Source: an uncultured Candidatus Binatia bacterium
GTDB taxonomy: Bacteria > Desulfobacterota > Binatia > UBA9968 > JAJDTQ01
Assembly (NCBI GenBank): GCA_965215605.1
Contig: OZ244070.1
Location: 2,496,001-2,560,000, forward strand
Length of the DNA stretch: 64,000 bases
Direction: 5' to 3'
This document shows, piece by piece, positions 1 through 10,082 of this stretch; position 1 is the first letter of the stretch; each line of letters opens with the position of its first letter. The position numbers and the translations under genes are program-made. The notes beneath the pieces were generated by a model that was not told where the DNA came from, did not search any database, and saw only the letters and a list, made by a program, of their open reading frames with translations.

Positions 1-1348
1 AGTAGCCGTGCCGGATTTCGTCCACGCGGGTCCACTGCACACGCACCGGCGCGCCGATTCTGGCGGACAGTATCGCCGCCTCGCATGCGAAGTCGGGCTT
101 GGATTTGCGGCCGAAGCCGCCGCCCAAAAGCGTGACCTCGCATTCGACCTCGGTCTTCTCGATGCCGAGCGCCTCCGCCACATACTGCCGGGTCTCGTTG
201 GGTGCCTGGGTGGAGGTCACGATCCTGACGGGCCTACGGGTAGCGTCGGCCAGGGCGACCGGCGGCTCCATCGGCGTGTGGACGAGGTAGGGCACGAAAT
301 ACTCTGCCTCAACCACCCGGGCGGCCGAGCCCAGCGCCTCGTCAACGTTGCCCCGGTCGCGGATTACGTGGCCGCCGGCGCGCGCCGCGGACCTCAGCTC
401 GTCGTTGTAGGCGCCCGAATCGTGCCTGACGTTCGGGCCGTCCTCCCACTCGATGACCAGTCGGTCGCGCCCCTCCATCACCGACCAGGTATTGGTGCCG
501 ACCACGGCGATGCCGCCGAGCGCACGGAAATGCGCCGGCATGGCGTCGGCGAGCCCCGGGATCTCGATCACCTGCTCGACGCCTTGTACCTTGAGCGCCT
601 CGCCGGCGTCGAACGACTTCACCTTGCCGCGATAGACCGGCGGGCGCGCCACGACGGCGATCTTCATGCCGGGGACGCTGACGTCGGCGCCGTAAGTGGC
701 GCGTCCGGTGCTCATGTCGTAGTTGTCGACCACCGGCATGTCGCGGCCGATGTACTTCCACTGCGACTTGTCCTTGAGCTTCGGCGCTGCATCTCCTACC
801 GGCACCGCGATGTCGGCCGCGGCGTCCACAACCTCACCGAAGTCAAACGACCGGTCCGTGCCGCTGTGATAGAGGCGGTGGTTCCTGGCGTGGACCTCGC
901 GGGGATCAACGCCCCACTTTCTGGCCGCTGCCTGCTCCAGCACGTAGCGGCCGGCTGCGCCCAGTTCGCGCATGACCTCGAAGTGGTGGCGGGTGCTGCG
1001 CGAACCGTCGGTGTTCTGCTGGTCCTTGCCGGCGGGGTCGAACCGGGTCTCGTCGCCCGGCGCCTGCCGGATCCTGACCCGCTGCCAATCGGCTTCGAGC
1101 TCGTCGGCGAGGATCATCGGGATGCCGGTGCGCACGCCCTGACCCATCTCGGAACGGCTGCACGTCAGCGTGACCGTGCCGTCGTCCGCAATCTCGACGA
1201 AGAGGTTGGGCTTGACCGAGTTGATGCCGCTCTGGCCGCGCGCCTTCGGGATCAGGGAGGCGACATTGGCGCCGAGCACGAAGGCGCCGGTGACGCCGAC
1301 AGACTTCAGGAAAGTGCGCCGGCTGACGTTCCGTATGCCGAACATCAT
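1..1348 (-). CDS. Xanthine dehydrogenase family molybdopterin-binding subunit (IorB/PaoC-like), 3' end runs off the window
   Basis: Minus strand from ATG at 1348 reads [27 protein letters not shown] (Tat-like RR), then PNLFVEIADDGTVTLTCSRSEMGQG and QNTDGSRS, typical of the isoquinoline 1-oxidoreductase beta family. Not in the ORF track because it has no stop in the window. Confidence 0.85.
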   Translation of the reverse strand, partial: MMFGIRNVSRRTFLKSVGVTGAFVLGANVASLIPKARGQSGINSVKPNLFVEIADDGTVTLTCSRSEMGQGVRTGIPMILADELEADWQRVRIRQAPGDETRFDPAGKDQQNTDGSRSTRHHFEVMRELGAAGRYVLEQAAARKWGVDPREVHARNHRLYHSGTDRSFDFGEVVDAAADIAVPVGDAAPKLKDKSQWKYIGRDMPVVDNYDMSTGRATYGADVSVPGMKIAVVARPPVYRGKVKSFDAGEALKVQGVEQVIEIPGLADAMPAHFRALGGIAVVGTNTWSVMEGRDRLVIEWEDGPNVRHDSGAYNDELRSAARAGGHVIRDRGNVDEALGSAARVVEAEYFVPYLVHTPMEPPVALADATRRPVRIVTSTQAPNETRQYVAEALGIEKTEVECEVTLLGGGFGRKSKPDFACEAAILSARIGAPVRVQWTRVDEIRHGY

Positions 1349-1836
1349 CAGACCCCCTTCGCGGCCGTGCGGACCGCCGCGAAGATCCGCTGGTAGGTGC
1401 CGCAACGACAAATGTTGCCGAACATGCCGTTCACGATCTCTTCGTCGCTGGGGTTGGGGGTCTTGTTGAGCAGCGCCGCCGCCGACATGATCTGCCCGGA
1501 CTGGCAGTAGCCGCACTGGGGCACGTTGTGGGCGCGCCACGCCCGCTGCACGGGGTGGTTGCCGTCCGCGTCGAGCCCCTCGATGGTGGTCACTTCGGCG
1601 CCGTCGGCCTCCGATACCGGGGTGACGCAGGAGCGGACGGCCTCGCCGTTCACGTGCATCGTGCATGCGCCGCAGAGCGCGACACCGCAGCCGAACTTCG
1701 TGCCCGTCAACTCAAGCTCGTCCCGAACATACCAAAGAAGCGGCATGTTGGGATCGCCGTGAAACTGGCGGCTGACCCCGTTGATCTTCAGCGAAATCAT
1801 CCCAACTGGCTCCCTGTGGTCGCTGATCGACCCCAT
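1348..1836 (-). CDS. (2Fe-2S)-binding small subunit (IorA-like)
   Basis: [24 protein letters not shown] and NICRCGTY motifs; stop overlaps the large-subunit start. Confidence 0.92.
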   Translation of the reverse strand: MGSISDHREPVGMISLKINGVSRQFHGDPNMPLLWYVRDELELTGTKFGCGVALCGACTMHVNGEAVRSCVTPVSEADGAEVTTIEGLDADGNHPVQRAWRAHNVPQCGYCQSGQIMSAAALLNKTPNPSDEEIVNGMFGNICRCGTYQRIFAAVRTAAKGV

Positions 1837-2008
1837 ACCGGGTCGTCCGGCTTGATGGAATTCCTCTCCCTCTGAACAAACTGCTTTCTCATGTCATGAT
1901 GACGAGAAACGGTCAAGGTATGGACGCCTCCATTGCGGAATATGCCGGGAATTTACGGGACACGACACTGGCATGGTGGGCCCCGAAGGACGCAACTCCG
2001 GCCGACGC

Positions 2009-2743
2009 TCACCGGGCCTTGAACACGATGTCGCCGAAGTATGCGACCGCCGACTCGCCGGTGTTGTCGGTATCGGTCATCACCGCCACGCCGGAGACCC
2101 GCGGCGGGTCCCCGCCGAACGCCTTGCGGTAGTCCTCGACGAGATTCCGCGATTCGCTGACCCACCGGCCGGCCTTGGCCTTGCCGCTCTCCACCACGAT
2201 CATCCGGACCCGGTCGGTGTAGGGGTTGGGGACGATGGTCCCCACCGGGCTCCTGCTCTCCCAGATGTAGGTGATGGCGCCCATGGGCGGGTATTCGCCC
2301 TGGGCCAACCGGATGGCCTCGTACTTCGCCCGTTCGAACATGCCCACCTTGCTGCTGTCATACCTGAACGTGATGTACACCCGGGCCGGGTAGTCGTCGC
2401 CGTCCTTCCGGGTGACGTCGCCCTTATCGAGGATGTTTTCGACCTTCCAGCGCCACTCGACCACGGGATAACGCATGGGGTCGAAGTCCACCTTGCGCAC
2501 CAGCCCCGAGGCCGAGCCCCGGCTCACCGCCTTGACCGCCACGGTGCCGCCGTCGTCAACCAGCGAGTATTCCGTGTGCTTCTCGATCTTGTCGAAGGTC
2601 AGCGGCTCCCAGGATTCCGGGAAGGGACCGCCGGCCTTGGCGGCCGAGAACTTCCCGATATCCAGCAACGCCGGCGATTGCGCTCCGAGGGTCGCCGCCG
2701 CCAGGACCACGGTAAGGGCTGTCAGCATGTACCAAATTGGCAT
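2009..2743 (-). CDS. DUF3047 family exported protein
   Basis: Signal peptide; WRWKV, GDDYPARVY and VAVMTDTDNTG motifs. Confidence 0.8.
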   Translation of the reverse strand: MPIWYMLTALTVVLAAATLGAQSPALLDIGKFSAAKAGGPFPESWEPLTFDKIEKHTEYSLVDDGGTVAVKAVSRGSASGLVRKVDFDPMRYPVVEWRWKVENILDKGDVTRKDGDDYPARVYITFRYDSSKVGMFERAKYEAIRLAQGEYPPMGAITYIWESRSPVGTIVPNPYTDRVRMIVVESGKAKAGRWVSESRNLVEDYRKAFGGDPPRVSGVAVMTDTDNTGESAVAYFGDIVFKAR

Positions 2744-2776
2744 TCAAGGCCTCCAATTTGTATAGTACCCGCACCC

Positions 2777-3940
2777 ATGATGGATTTCACCCTGACCGAG
2801 GACCAGGTGCAACTCCGGGAGGAGATCCGCAAGGTCTGCCAGGACTATTCCGACCCTTACTGGCGGGAGGTGGACGCCAGGGGCGAGTACCCCGAGGCGT
2901 TCGTGCGCAAGCTCACGGAGTTGGGCTGGCTGGCGGCGCTGATCCCCGAGGAGTACGGCGGCATCGGCTTGGGGATCACCGAGGCCAGCATCATCCTGGA
3001 GGAGATCAACCGCTGGGGCGGCAACGCCACCGCGTGCCACGCGCAGATGTACACCATGGGGACGGTGCTGCGGCACGGCAGCGAGGAGCAGAAGCGGCGC
3101 TACCTGCCCGGGGTGGCCAGCGGCGCGCTGCGCCTCCAGGCCTTCGGCGTCACCGAGCCCGACTCCGGCTCCGAAACCACGCGCATCCGCACCACCGCCG
3201 TGCGCAAGGGCGACCGCTACGTGGTGAACGGGCAGAAGATCTTCATCTCGCGGGTGTTGCAGTCGGACCTGATGCTGCTGCTGGCGCGCACCACTCCCTA
3301 CGACGAGATCACGGACAAGACCCGCGGGCTGTCGGCATTCCTCGTGGACCTGCGGGAGGCGGGCCAAGCGCTGGAGGTGAAGCCTCTGGACATGATGATC
3401 AATCATCATACCAACGCGCTTTTCTTCTCCGATCTCGAGGTCCCGGTGGAGAACCTCATCGGCGAGGAGGGCATGGGCTTCCGCTACATCATCGACGGCT
3501 GGAACGCGGAGCGCATCCTGATCGCCGCCGAGGCGGTGGGGGACGGGCACTGGTTCGTGGACCGGGCGGCGCGCTACGCCGACGAGCGGCAGGTGTTCGG
3601 CCGGCCCATCGGCGCCAACCAGGGAATCCAGTTTCCCATCGCCCAGGCCTACGCCCACATCGAGGCGGCGGACCTGGTGCGCTATCACGCGGCCTCGAAA
3701 TTCGACCGCGACGAGCGCTGCGGCGCCGAGGCCAACATGGCCAAGCTGCTGGCCTCGGAAGCGTCGTGGGAGGCGGCCAACGCCTGCATGACCACCCACG
3801 GCGGCTACGGACTGTCGGTGGACTACGACGTCGAGCGGAAGTTTCGCGAAACCCGGCTCCTGACCATCGCGCCGGTGAGCAACAACCTGGTGCTGGCCTA
3901 CCTGGGCCAGCACGTGCTGGGCATGCCGCGTTCCTACTGA
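2777..3940 (+). CDS. Acyl-CoA dehydrogenase
   Basis: MDFTLTEDQ start, IPEEYGG, FGVTEPDSGS, NGQKIFIS, RQVFGRPIGANQ, HGGYG. The N-terminal extension in the ORF track is an antisense shadow. Confidence 0.92.
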   Translation: MMDFTLTEDQVQLREEIRKVCQDYSDPYWREVDARGEYPEAFVRKLTELGWLAALIPEEYGGIGLGITEASIILEEINRWGGNATACHAQMYTMGTVLRHGSEEQKRRYLPGVASGALRLQAFGVTEPDSGSETTRIRTTAVRKGDRYVVNGQKIFISRVLQSDLMLLLARTTPYDEITDKTRGLSAFLVDLREAGQALEVKPLDMMINHHTNALFFSDLEVPVENLIGEEGMGFRYIIDGWNAERILIAAEAVGDGHWFVDRAARYADERQVFGRPIGANQGIQFPIAQAYAHIEAADLVRYHAASKFDRDERCGAEANMAKLLASEASWEAANACMTTHGGYGLSVDYDVERKFRETRLLTIAPVSNNLVLAYLGQHVLGMPRSY

Positions 3941-3955
3941 GCGAGAGACACGACC

Positions 3956-4834
3956 ATGGACCTGCAACGTTCCTGGATGTTCGTGCCGGGCCACCGGCAG
4001 CGGATGATCGACAAGGCCCTGGGGCTGGACGCCGACGCCCTCATGCTGGACATCGAGGACGGCGTGGCCCCGGCGGAAAAGGATCAGGCGCGGCGGCTCA
4101 TCGGCGAGGCCCTGGGCCGGGAGCGGGCGCCCCGGGAGCCGCTCCGGTACGTGCGCATCAACGCCATCGGGCACCAGCGCATGGCAGACGATCTGGCGGC
4201 GGTGCTGCGGCCGGGGCTCGACGGGCTGGTGCTGCCCAAGGTGGAATCGCCGGAAGAGATCGCCACGGTGGAGTCCCTGGTGGCGGACCACGAAAGGGCC
4301 ACCGGCGGGACGGTGAAGCTGCTGGTGGCCATCGAGAGCCCCCGGGGACTCCTGGCGGCTCCGGCCATCGCCGGGTGCTCGCCTCGCGTCGTGGGGCTCA
4401 TGTTCGGCGCGGAGGACTTCGGCCGGGAACTGGGCCTGCCCGCGTCCCGCGAGGGGGAGGCCCAGGAGCTGCTCTACGCCCGCTCGGCGCTGGTGGTGGC
4501 GGCGGCTTCGGCCCATGTCCAGGCGGTGGACGGGGTCTGGGTGGATCTTCAGGATCCGGACGGGTTGGCCCGGTTCGCCCTGCAATCCCGGCGCCTGGGC
4601 TTCAGCGGCATGTCGTCCATCCATCCGTCCCAGATCGCGCCCATCAACGGCGCCTTCAGCCCCGGCCCCGAGGAGGTCGACTACGCCCGAAAGGTCATCG
4701 CGGCGTACGAGGAGGCCGCCGCCCGGGGCGACGGCTCGGTGGCCTTCGGCGGCCAGCTCATCGACCGGCCCATCATCGAACGGGCGCGCCGGACCCTGGA
4801 TCTTGCCGAGACCCTGGGCGTTGCGGACCCATGA
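3956..4834 (+). CDS. CitE/HpcH-like CoA-ester lyase (citrate lyase beta family)
   Basis: RSWMFVPG, LDIEDGV, YVRIN, LPKVES, IESPRG, FGAEDF. Confidence 0.9.
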   Translation: MDLQRSWMFVPGHRQRMIDKALGLDADALMLDIEDGVAPAEKDQARRLIGEALGRERAPREPLRYVRINAIGHQRMADDLAAVLRPGLDGLVLPKVESPEEIATVESLVADHERATGGTVKLLVAIESPRGLLAAPAIAGCSPRVVGLMFGAEDFGRELGLPASREGEAQELLYARSALVVAAASAHVQAVDGVWVDLQDPDGLARFALQSRRLGFSGMSSIHPSQIAPINGAFSPGPEEVDYARKVIAAYEEAAARGDGSVAFGGQLIDRPIIERARRTLDLAETLGVADP

Positions 4835-4838
4835 CGGC

Positions 4839-4864
4839 GTAGGGGCGGGTTGCAAGCCCGCCCG
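4839..4864 (+). repeat. GTAG-type REP-like palindromic element
   Basis: GTAGGGGCGGGTTGCAAGCCCGCCCG; a near-identical copy lies at 24279-24306. Confidence 0.7.
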
Positions 4865-4913
4865 CCCCCGGTCCACCGGATGCGCCCGCGCGCAACATGA
4901 GGAGTACAAGGCC

Positions 4914-5729
4914 ATGCCCCAGGTAGAGAACGCCGAGAACCTCCGCTGCCTTACTGCCACCAACCCGGGTTATATGACCCTCCGGGGAACCAACCAGTAT
5001 CTGCTGGGTGACCGGGAGATCACCGTCATCGACGTCGCCCTCGGTTCGGACGAGAACCTCGACGGGCTGCTGGCCGAGATGGAGGCGCTGGGCGGCACCC
5101 GCATCACCCGGATACTGCTGACCCACATCCACATGGACCACTGCGGCGGCGCGCTGGCGCTGAAAGAGCGGACGGGCGCCGAGGTGGGCATCTCACGGGT
5201 GCGCGCCGGCCATCTCGGCGGCGAGGACTTCACCTACGACGAGGGAGACCGCATCCCGTATGACGGCGGCGAGCTGGAGGTGGTGTTCACTCCGGGCCAC
5301 GAGGCCGGGCATTGCTGCTTCTACGAGCGGGAAAAGAAGATCCTCTTCTCCGGAGACCACATCCTAGGCAAGGGCACCACGGTGGTGCCGGCGGGCGAAG
5401 GGAACATGCTCCACTACATGGAGTCCCTGGAGAAGCTCCTTTCGCTCGACATCGAGTTGCTGCTTCCCGGTCACGGCCCGTTCGTGACCGAGCCCATGGC
5501 CAAGATCCGGGAATACATCGACCACCGGCTCATGCGGGAGGACCAGATCCTGCAGGGTCTCCGGGACGGACGCCATTCCATCGGCGACCTGGTGGCGGTC
5601 ATATACGTGGACTACCCGCAGGCGTTGATGCGGGTGGCCCACTCGTCCGTGGAAGCCCACCTGTTGAAGCTCGTGGCGGAGGAACGGGTTCGCCGGGAAG
5701 GCGACCGGTACTTCCCGTGCAACGAGTGA
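4914..5729 (+). CDS. MBL-fold metallo-hydrolase (LACTB2-like, C-terminal winged helix)
   Basis: THIHMDH, TPGHEAGH, FSGDH, PGHG, AHLLKL. Confidence 0.88.
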   Translation: MPQVENAENLRCLTATNPGYMTLRGTNQYLLGDREITVIDVALGSDENLDGLLAEMEALGGTRITRILLTHIHMDHCGGALALKERTGAEVGISRVRAGHLGGEDFTYDEGDRIPYDGGELEVVFTPGHEAGHCCFYEREKKILFSGDHILGKGTTVVPAGEGNMLHYMESLEKLLSLDIELLLPGHGPFVTEPMAKIREYIDHRLMREDQILQGLRDGRHSIGDLVAVIYVDYPQALMRVAHSSVEAHLLKLVAEERVRREGDRYFPCNE

Positions 5730-5756
5730 ATATCGCGATCACTGAGGTGTCGTTCG

Positions 5757-5990
5757 GTGGTGGAGGACAGCAGCAGCCACGGGCGGCTCGACATGGCGGT
5801 GCGGTTCGCTGGGCACGTCTATCTGTTCGAGTTCAAGGTGGTGGAACAGGCGGGAGCGGCGCTGGCGCAACTGAAGGCGCGGGGCTACGCCGACAAGTAC
5901 CGGGCCACGGGCGAGCGGATCCACTTGGTGGGTGTGGAATTCAGCCGGACATCCCGCAACGTCACCGCGTTCGACGTGGAGGCGGCGTGA
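5757..5990 (+). pseudogene. Orphan C-terminal PD-(D/E)XK nuclease (PDDEXK_9-like) fragment
   Basis: GRLDM...YLFEFK...ALAQLKARGYADKY...LVGVEF resembles the C-terminus of AAA-ATPase-like/PDDEXK_9 proteins; no N-terminal ATPase part is present. Confidence 0.7.
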
Positions 5991-6024
5991 AGCCGACCAT
6001 TGTAGAGCTTGACCCTGTGGGTCC

Positions 6025-6726
6025 TCACTGCTTCGCCACCGGCGGCCACTTCTCCACGAGCACTGCGGGAATTCCCTCGCGGGACAGGCGGGCGGCGTAT
6101 TCCCTGGCCGCCTCGGCCCCGGTGAAGGTGCCGAGGCGGACCCGGAAGAGACTCTCGTGGGGCTCGATCACCACGGGCCTGTCGTGCCGGCTCTCCAGCC
6201 GGGCTTTCAACTCACGGGCCTTGTCGAGGTCCGAGAACGCCCCCACCTGCAGGGTGTAGTCCAGATGGTCGGGAATGGCGGTGAGCGGCTGGCCGCCGGT
6301 GTCCAGGACATCCACCCGCACCGGCGCGGTTCCCGGGCCGATCATGTCCACCTGTCGGGCCGCGGCGTAGGAGAGGTCGATGATCCGTCCTTTGGCGAAG
6401 GGTCCCCGGTCGTTGATCAGCACGGTCACCGACTTGCCGTTGGCAAGGTTGGTGACCCGCACGTTGGAGCCCAGCGGCAGGGTCGGGTGCGCGGCGGTCA
6501 TGCCGTGCTGGTCGTAGACGGTCCCGCTGGTGGTCTTCTTGCCGTGAAAGCCGGGTCCGTACCAGGACGCGACGCCTTCTTGCGTGAGCGGCGCGGCGGG
6601 CGGCGTGGAAGCGATGGGCGGCGGCGGCGGTGCCGGAGGCTCCGGCCCGTAGGGGGCGCAGGCGTAAACCAGAACCAGGGCGGCGGCGGCCCACGGGGCG
6701 AGGCCACGGAGGCGTGCAGGAACCAT
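6025..6726 (-). CDS. rlpA: Septal ring lytic transglycosylase RlpA family lipoprotein with SPOR domain
   Basis: Lipobox-like VYAC, GVASWYGPGFHG, TAAHPTLP, INDRGPF, RIIDLS, LQVGAF. Confidence 0.92.
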   Translation of the reverse strand: MVPARLRGLAPWAAAALVLVYACAPYGPEPPAPPPPPIASTPPAAPLTQEGVASWYGPGFHGKKTTSGTVYDQHGMTAAHPTLPLGSNVRVTNLANGKSVTVLINDRGPFAKGRIIDLSYAAARQVDMIGPGTAPVRVDVLDTGGQPLTAIPDHLDYTLQVGAFSDLDKARELKARLESRHDRPVVIEPHESLFRVRLGTFTGAEAAREYAARLSREGIPAVLVEKWPPVAKQ

Positions 6727-6787
6727 CGAGGTTGGATTATACCGCAATATCGGCTGCATGTAAGCGGTAACCCGGCCGGCGGCTCCG

Positions 6788-6817
6788 TTTACGGGGCGTG
6801 GTGTATTGTGGTACTTT
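6788..6817 (+). promoter_or_regulatory. Putative sigma70 promoter of the yebC-ruv operon
   Basis: TTTACG, 18 nt spacer, TACTTT preceded by TG (extended -10), in an AT-rich patch. Confidence 0.35.
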
Positions 6818-6901
6818 TTTACTTGCGGGCTTGGTCCGGAGGGCGGGTCCGCAAGCGGTCCCGGCAACGGGACCAGTCCCGTTGGAGGAGAGTGTCGCGT
6901 C

Positions 6902-7648
6902 ATGTCCGGACATTCCAAGTGGAGCACCATCAAGCACAAGAAGGCGGCGAAGGACGCCAAGCGGGGCAAGCTGTTCACCAAGTTCATCAAGGAGATTACG
7001 GTGGCGGCCCGCATGGGCGGGGGCGATATCACGAGCAACCCGCGTCTGCGCACCGCCGTCCAGACCGCCCGTGACAACAGCATGCCCAACGAGAACATCG
7101 AGCGCGCCATCAAGAAGGGGACCGGCGAGCTCGAAGGGGTGTCCTACGAAGAGGGGAGCTACGAGGGGTACGGCCCCGGCGGAGCCGCCTTTCTGGTGCA
7201 GGTCCTGACCGACAACCGCAACCGGACGGTGTCGGACATCCGGCGCATGTTCAACAAGCACGGCGGGAGTCTCGGCGAGACGGGCTGCGTGGCGTGGATG
7301 TTCGACAACAAGGGACTCATCGTCGTGTCCAAGGAGGCGGTGGATGAGGAGGCATTGCTGGGGCTCGCCCTGGAAGCCGGCGCCGAGGACGTCAACGAGA
7401 GCGACGACGTGTTCGAGATCGTCACCCAGCCCGAGGACTTCGCCACGGTGCGTGAGAGCCTCGACAGCGGCAACGTCCCGGTGGTGTCGGCCGAGGTGAC
7501 CATGATCCCCAAGACCACCACCACGCTCGGCGGCAAGGAAGCCGAGCAGACCCTCAACCTCACCGAGGACCTCGAGGACCACGACGACGTTCAAAGCGTC
7601 GCGGCCAACTTCGACATTCCGGACGAGATCATGGAGAAGGCCGGTTGA
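6902..7648 (+). CDS. yebC: YebC/PmpR family protein
   Basis: [29 protein letters not shown]. Confidence 0.96.
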   Translation: MSGHSKWSTIKHKKAAKDAKRGKLFTKFIKEITVAARMGGGDITSNPRLRTAVQTARDNSMPNENIERAIKKGTGELEGVSYEEGSYEGYGPGGAAFLVQVLTDNRNRTVSDIRRMFNKHGGSLGETGCVAWMFDNKGLIVVSKEAVDEEALLGLALEAGAEDVNESDDVFEIVTQPEDFATVRESLDSGNVPVVSAEVTMIPKTTTTLGGKEAEQTLNLTEDLEDHDDVQSVAANFDIPDEIMEKAG

Positions 7649-7667
7649 CGCCGTCGGAGAACGAGAT

Positions 7668-8231
7668 ATCGAAACCATCCTGGGCATAGACCCCGGAACC
7701 CTCAAGACCGGGTGGGGCTTGATCCGCGCGGACGGCAACCGCCTGGAACACGTGGCCCACGGCACGGTCCGTACGTCCCCCAGCCAATCCCAGGACCGGC
7801 GCCTCCACCGGATATTCACCGAGCTGGCCAAGGTCATCCGGGAGCACGAGCCCGGGCACGTCAGCCTGGAGAAGGTCTTTCTGGCGCGCAATGTGCAGAG
7901 CGCATTCAAGCTCGGCCAGGTGCGCGGGGTAGCCCTGCTGGCGGCGGCGGAACGCGGTGTCGCCGTCTCCGAATACAACGCGGTCCAGGTCAAGAAGGCG
8001 TTGACCGGGTACGGCCACGCGGGCAAGGGCCAGATACAGCAAATGGTGACGGCCATCCTGGGGCTGCCCGGCGAACCCGAGGAGGATGCCGCCGACGCTC
8101 TGGCGGCCGCCATCTGCCACGGTCATCTGCACGCGTTCGGAGCCGGCGTCCTGGCCGGCACGGCCCGGCGGGGGAGAAGCTCCCGCGGGTTGCGCTGGCC
8201 GGCGGACACGCTGTCTGGCGGCAAGGGCTGA
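7668..8231 (+). CDS. ruvC: Holliday junction resolvase RuvC (probable ATC start)
   Basis: In-frame ETILGIDPG upstream of the listed TTG; SLEKVF, KLGQVRG, GYGHAGK, DAADALAAAICH. Confidence 0.92.
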   Translation: METILGIDPGTLKTGWGLIRADGNRLEHVAHGTVRTSPSQSQDRRLHRIFTELAKVIREHEPGHVSLEKVFLARNVQSAFKLGQVRGVALLAAAERGVAVSEYNAVQVKKALTGYGHAGKGQIQQMVTAILGLPGEPEEDAADALAAAICHGHLHAFGAGVLAGTARRGRSSRGLRWPADTLSGGKG

Positions 8232-8287
8232 AGGATGCGCGGTCTTCCATTGCCCGCAGCGCCGGCCGGTCCGGACGGAGTTCCATC

Positions 8288-8872
8288 GTGATCGCCAAGG
8301 TTCGCGGAATACTGGACCACAAGGCGCCGGGCGAGGTCATCGTGGACGTCGGCGGCGTCGGTTATCAACTGTTCACGGCGCTCAGCGTGTTCTACCGCTT
8401 GCCCGAGGTGGGGCAGCCGGTGACCCTGCTCGTGTACACCCATGTCCGGGAGGACGCCCTCCAGTTGTTCGGCTTCTACGACCCCGCGGAGAAACAGGCA
8501 TTCATGCTGCTGACCGGGGTGTCGGGCATCGGCCCCCGGCTGGCCCTCAACATCCTGTCGGGGATGGCGGCCGGGGAGCTGTTGGACGCCCTCCGGGAGG
8601 GCGACGTCGCCCGGCTGGTGTCGATACCGGGGGTGGGCAAGCGGCTGGCGGATCGCATGATCGTGGAGCTGCGTGATAGGATAGAAGCTCTGCCGGATGC
8701 CGCCCCGGAGGCGGCGGCCGCTCCCGGGATCCGGGGCGACGCGCTGTCGGCGCTGGTGAACCTCGGCTACCGGCGCCCGGATGCGGAGCGGGCCGTGCGT
8801 CAGGTGCTGGGCAACGGCGCCTCCGAGTTGGAAACGGTGCTCAAGGAAGCCCTGCGCCTGCTCAGCCTCTAG
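8288..8872 (+). CDS. ruvA: Holliday junction branch migration protein RuvA
   Basis: [44 protein letters not shown]. Confidence 0.96.
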   Translation: MIAKVRGILDHKAPGEVIVDVGGVGYQLFTALSVFYRLPEVGQPVTLLVYTHVREDALQLFGFYDPAEKQAFMLLTGVSGIGPRLALNILSGMAAGELLDALREGDVARLVSIPGVGKRLADRMIVELRDRIEALPDAAPEAAAAPGIRGDALSALVNLGYRRPDAERAVRQVLGNGASELETVLKEALRLLSL

Positions 8873-8900
8873 CGTCACCGGATTCAGCGGAACCGCGTTC

Positions 8901-9938
8901 ATGGAAAACAGAGCCATCTTGCCCGCGGGCACCGAGGAGGACGTCCTCTACGACTCGAGCCTCCGCCCCCGGCGTTTCAGCGAATACTTCGGACAGGAGA
9001 AGGTCAAGGCCAACCTCGGGGTGGCCATCACGGCCGCCAAACGGCGCGGCGACGTGCTGGACCATCTCCTTTTCCACGGCCCTCCCGGCCTGGGCAAGAC
9101 CTCTCTGGCCCATCTGATCTCGAGGGAGATGGAGGTGGAGATACGGCCCACCTCCGGTCCGGTGGTGGAGCGGCCCGGAGATCTGGCCGCGCTGCTTACC
9201 AACCTCGACGTCGGCGACATCTTGTTCATCGACGAGATTCACCGCCTCAACCACATTGTGGAGGAGGTGCTGTACCCGGCCATGGAGGACTTCCAGGTGG
9301 ACGTGATGATCGGGCAGGGGCCCGGCGCCAAGTCCATCAAGCTGGAACTCAAGCGGTTCACGCTCATCGGCGCCACCACCCGTTCCGGCCTCCTGACCCC
9401 GGCGTTGCGCAACCGGTTCGGCGCCGTGTTCCGCCTCGACTTCTACGAGCCGGAGGTGTTGGCGAAGCTGCTTGCCCGGTCCGCGGCGCTGCTGGGCGTG
9501 GGCGGCGACGACGCCGGCTTCATGGAGATCGCCCGCCGCTCCCGCGGCACGCCGCGTATCGCCAACCGGCTGCTGCGCCGCGTCCGGGACTACGCCGAGG
9601 TCCACGGCGAGGGCAGGGTCACCCGGCCGGTGGCCTGTCAGGCCCTGGAGATGCTGGAGGTCGATGAGCAGGGTTGCGACAAGATGGACACGCTCCTCCT
9701 AACCACCATCATCGACAAGTTCGACGGCGGCCCCGTGGGACTGGACACTCTGGCGGCGGCCATCGGCGAGGAGCGGGGCACGGTGGAGGACGCCTACGAG
9801 CCGTACCTCATCCAGGCGGGCTTCCTGGAGCGCCGGCCCCAGGGCCGTGTGGCCACGCCGGTGGCGTACCGGCACCTCGGGCGGTCGCAGTCGGCGGCGC
9901 GCGTGGACAGGGAGAAGCGGCAGAAACGGCTCTTGTAG
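8901..9938 (+). CDS. ruvB: Holliday junction branch migration helicase RuvB
   Basis: [44 protein letters not shown]. Confidence 0.97.
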   Translation: MENRAILPAGTEEDVLYDSSLRPRRFSEYFGQEKVKANLGVAITAAKRRGDVLDHLLFHGPPGLGKTSLAHLISREMEVEIRPTSGPVVERPGDLAALLTNLDVGDILFIDEIHRLNHIVEEVLYPAMEDFQVDVMIGQGPGAKSIKLELKRFTLIGATTRSGLLTPALRNRFGAVFRLDFYEPEVLAKLLARSAALLGVGGDDAGFMEIARRSRGTPRIANRLLRRVRDYAEVHGEGRVTRPVACQALEMLEVDEQGCDKMDTLLLTTIIDKFDGGPVGLDTLAAAIGEERGTVEDAYEPYLIQAGFLERRPQGRVATPVAYRHLGRSQSAARVDREKRQKRLL

Positions 9939-10082
9939 CGCTCACGGGAGCCCGTATCGACGGTGGCGTCGACACCGGCGCGGGGGACGGCTTGCCGGCC
10001 GGCGGGCGACGTCATTTCCTTTGTGCTTTGCGGGTGGAAGCGATAGAACGGTGTGACACGGGAGGCGGATCGAGCCACTCCG

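Noticed and set aside
8-1396. Long ORFs antisense or frameshifted to real genes (for example 8..1396 +, 26427..29030 -, 51380..54025 -, 62311..63693 +)
   Set aside because: Typical high-GC shadow ORFs; the opposite strand or another frame carries clear family motifs.
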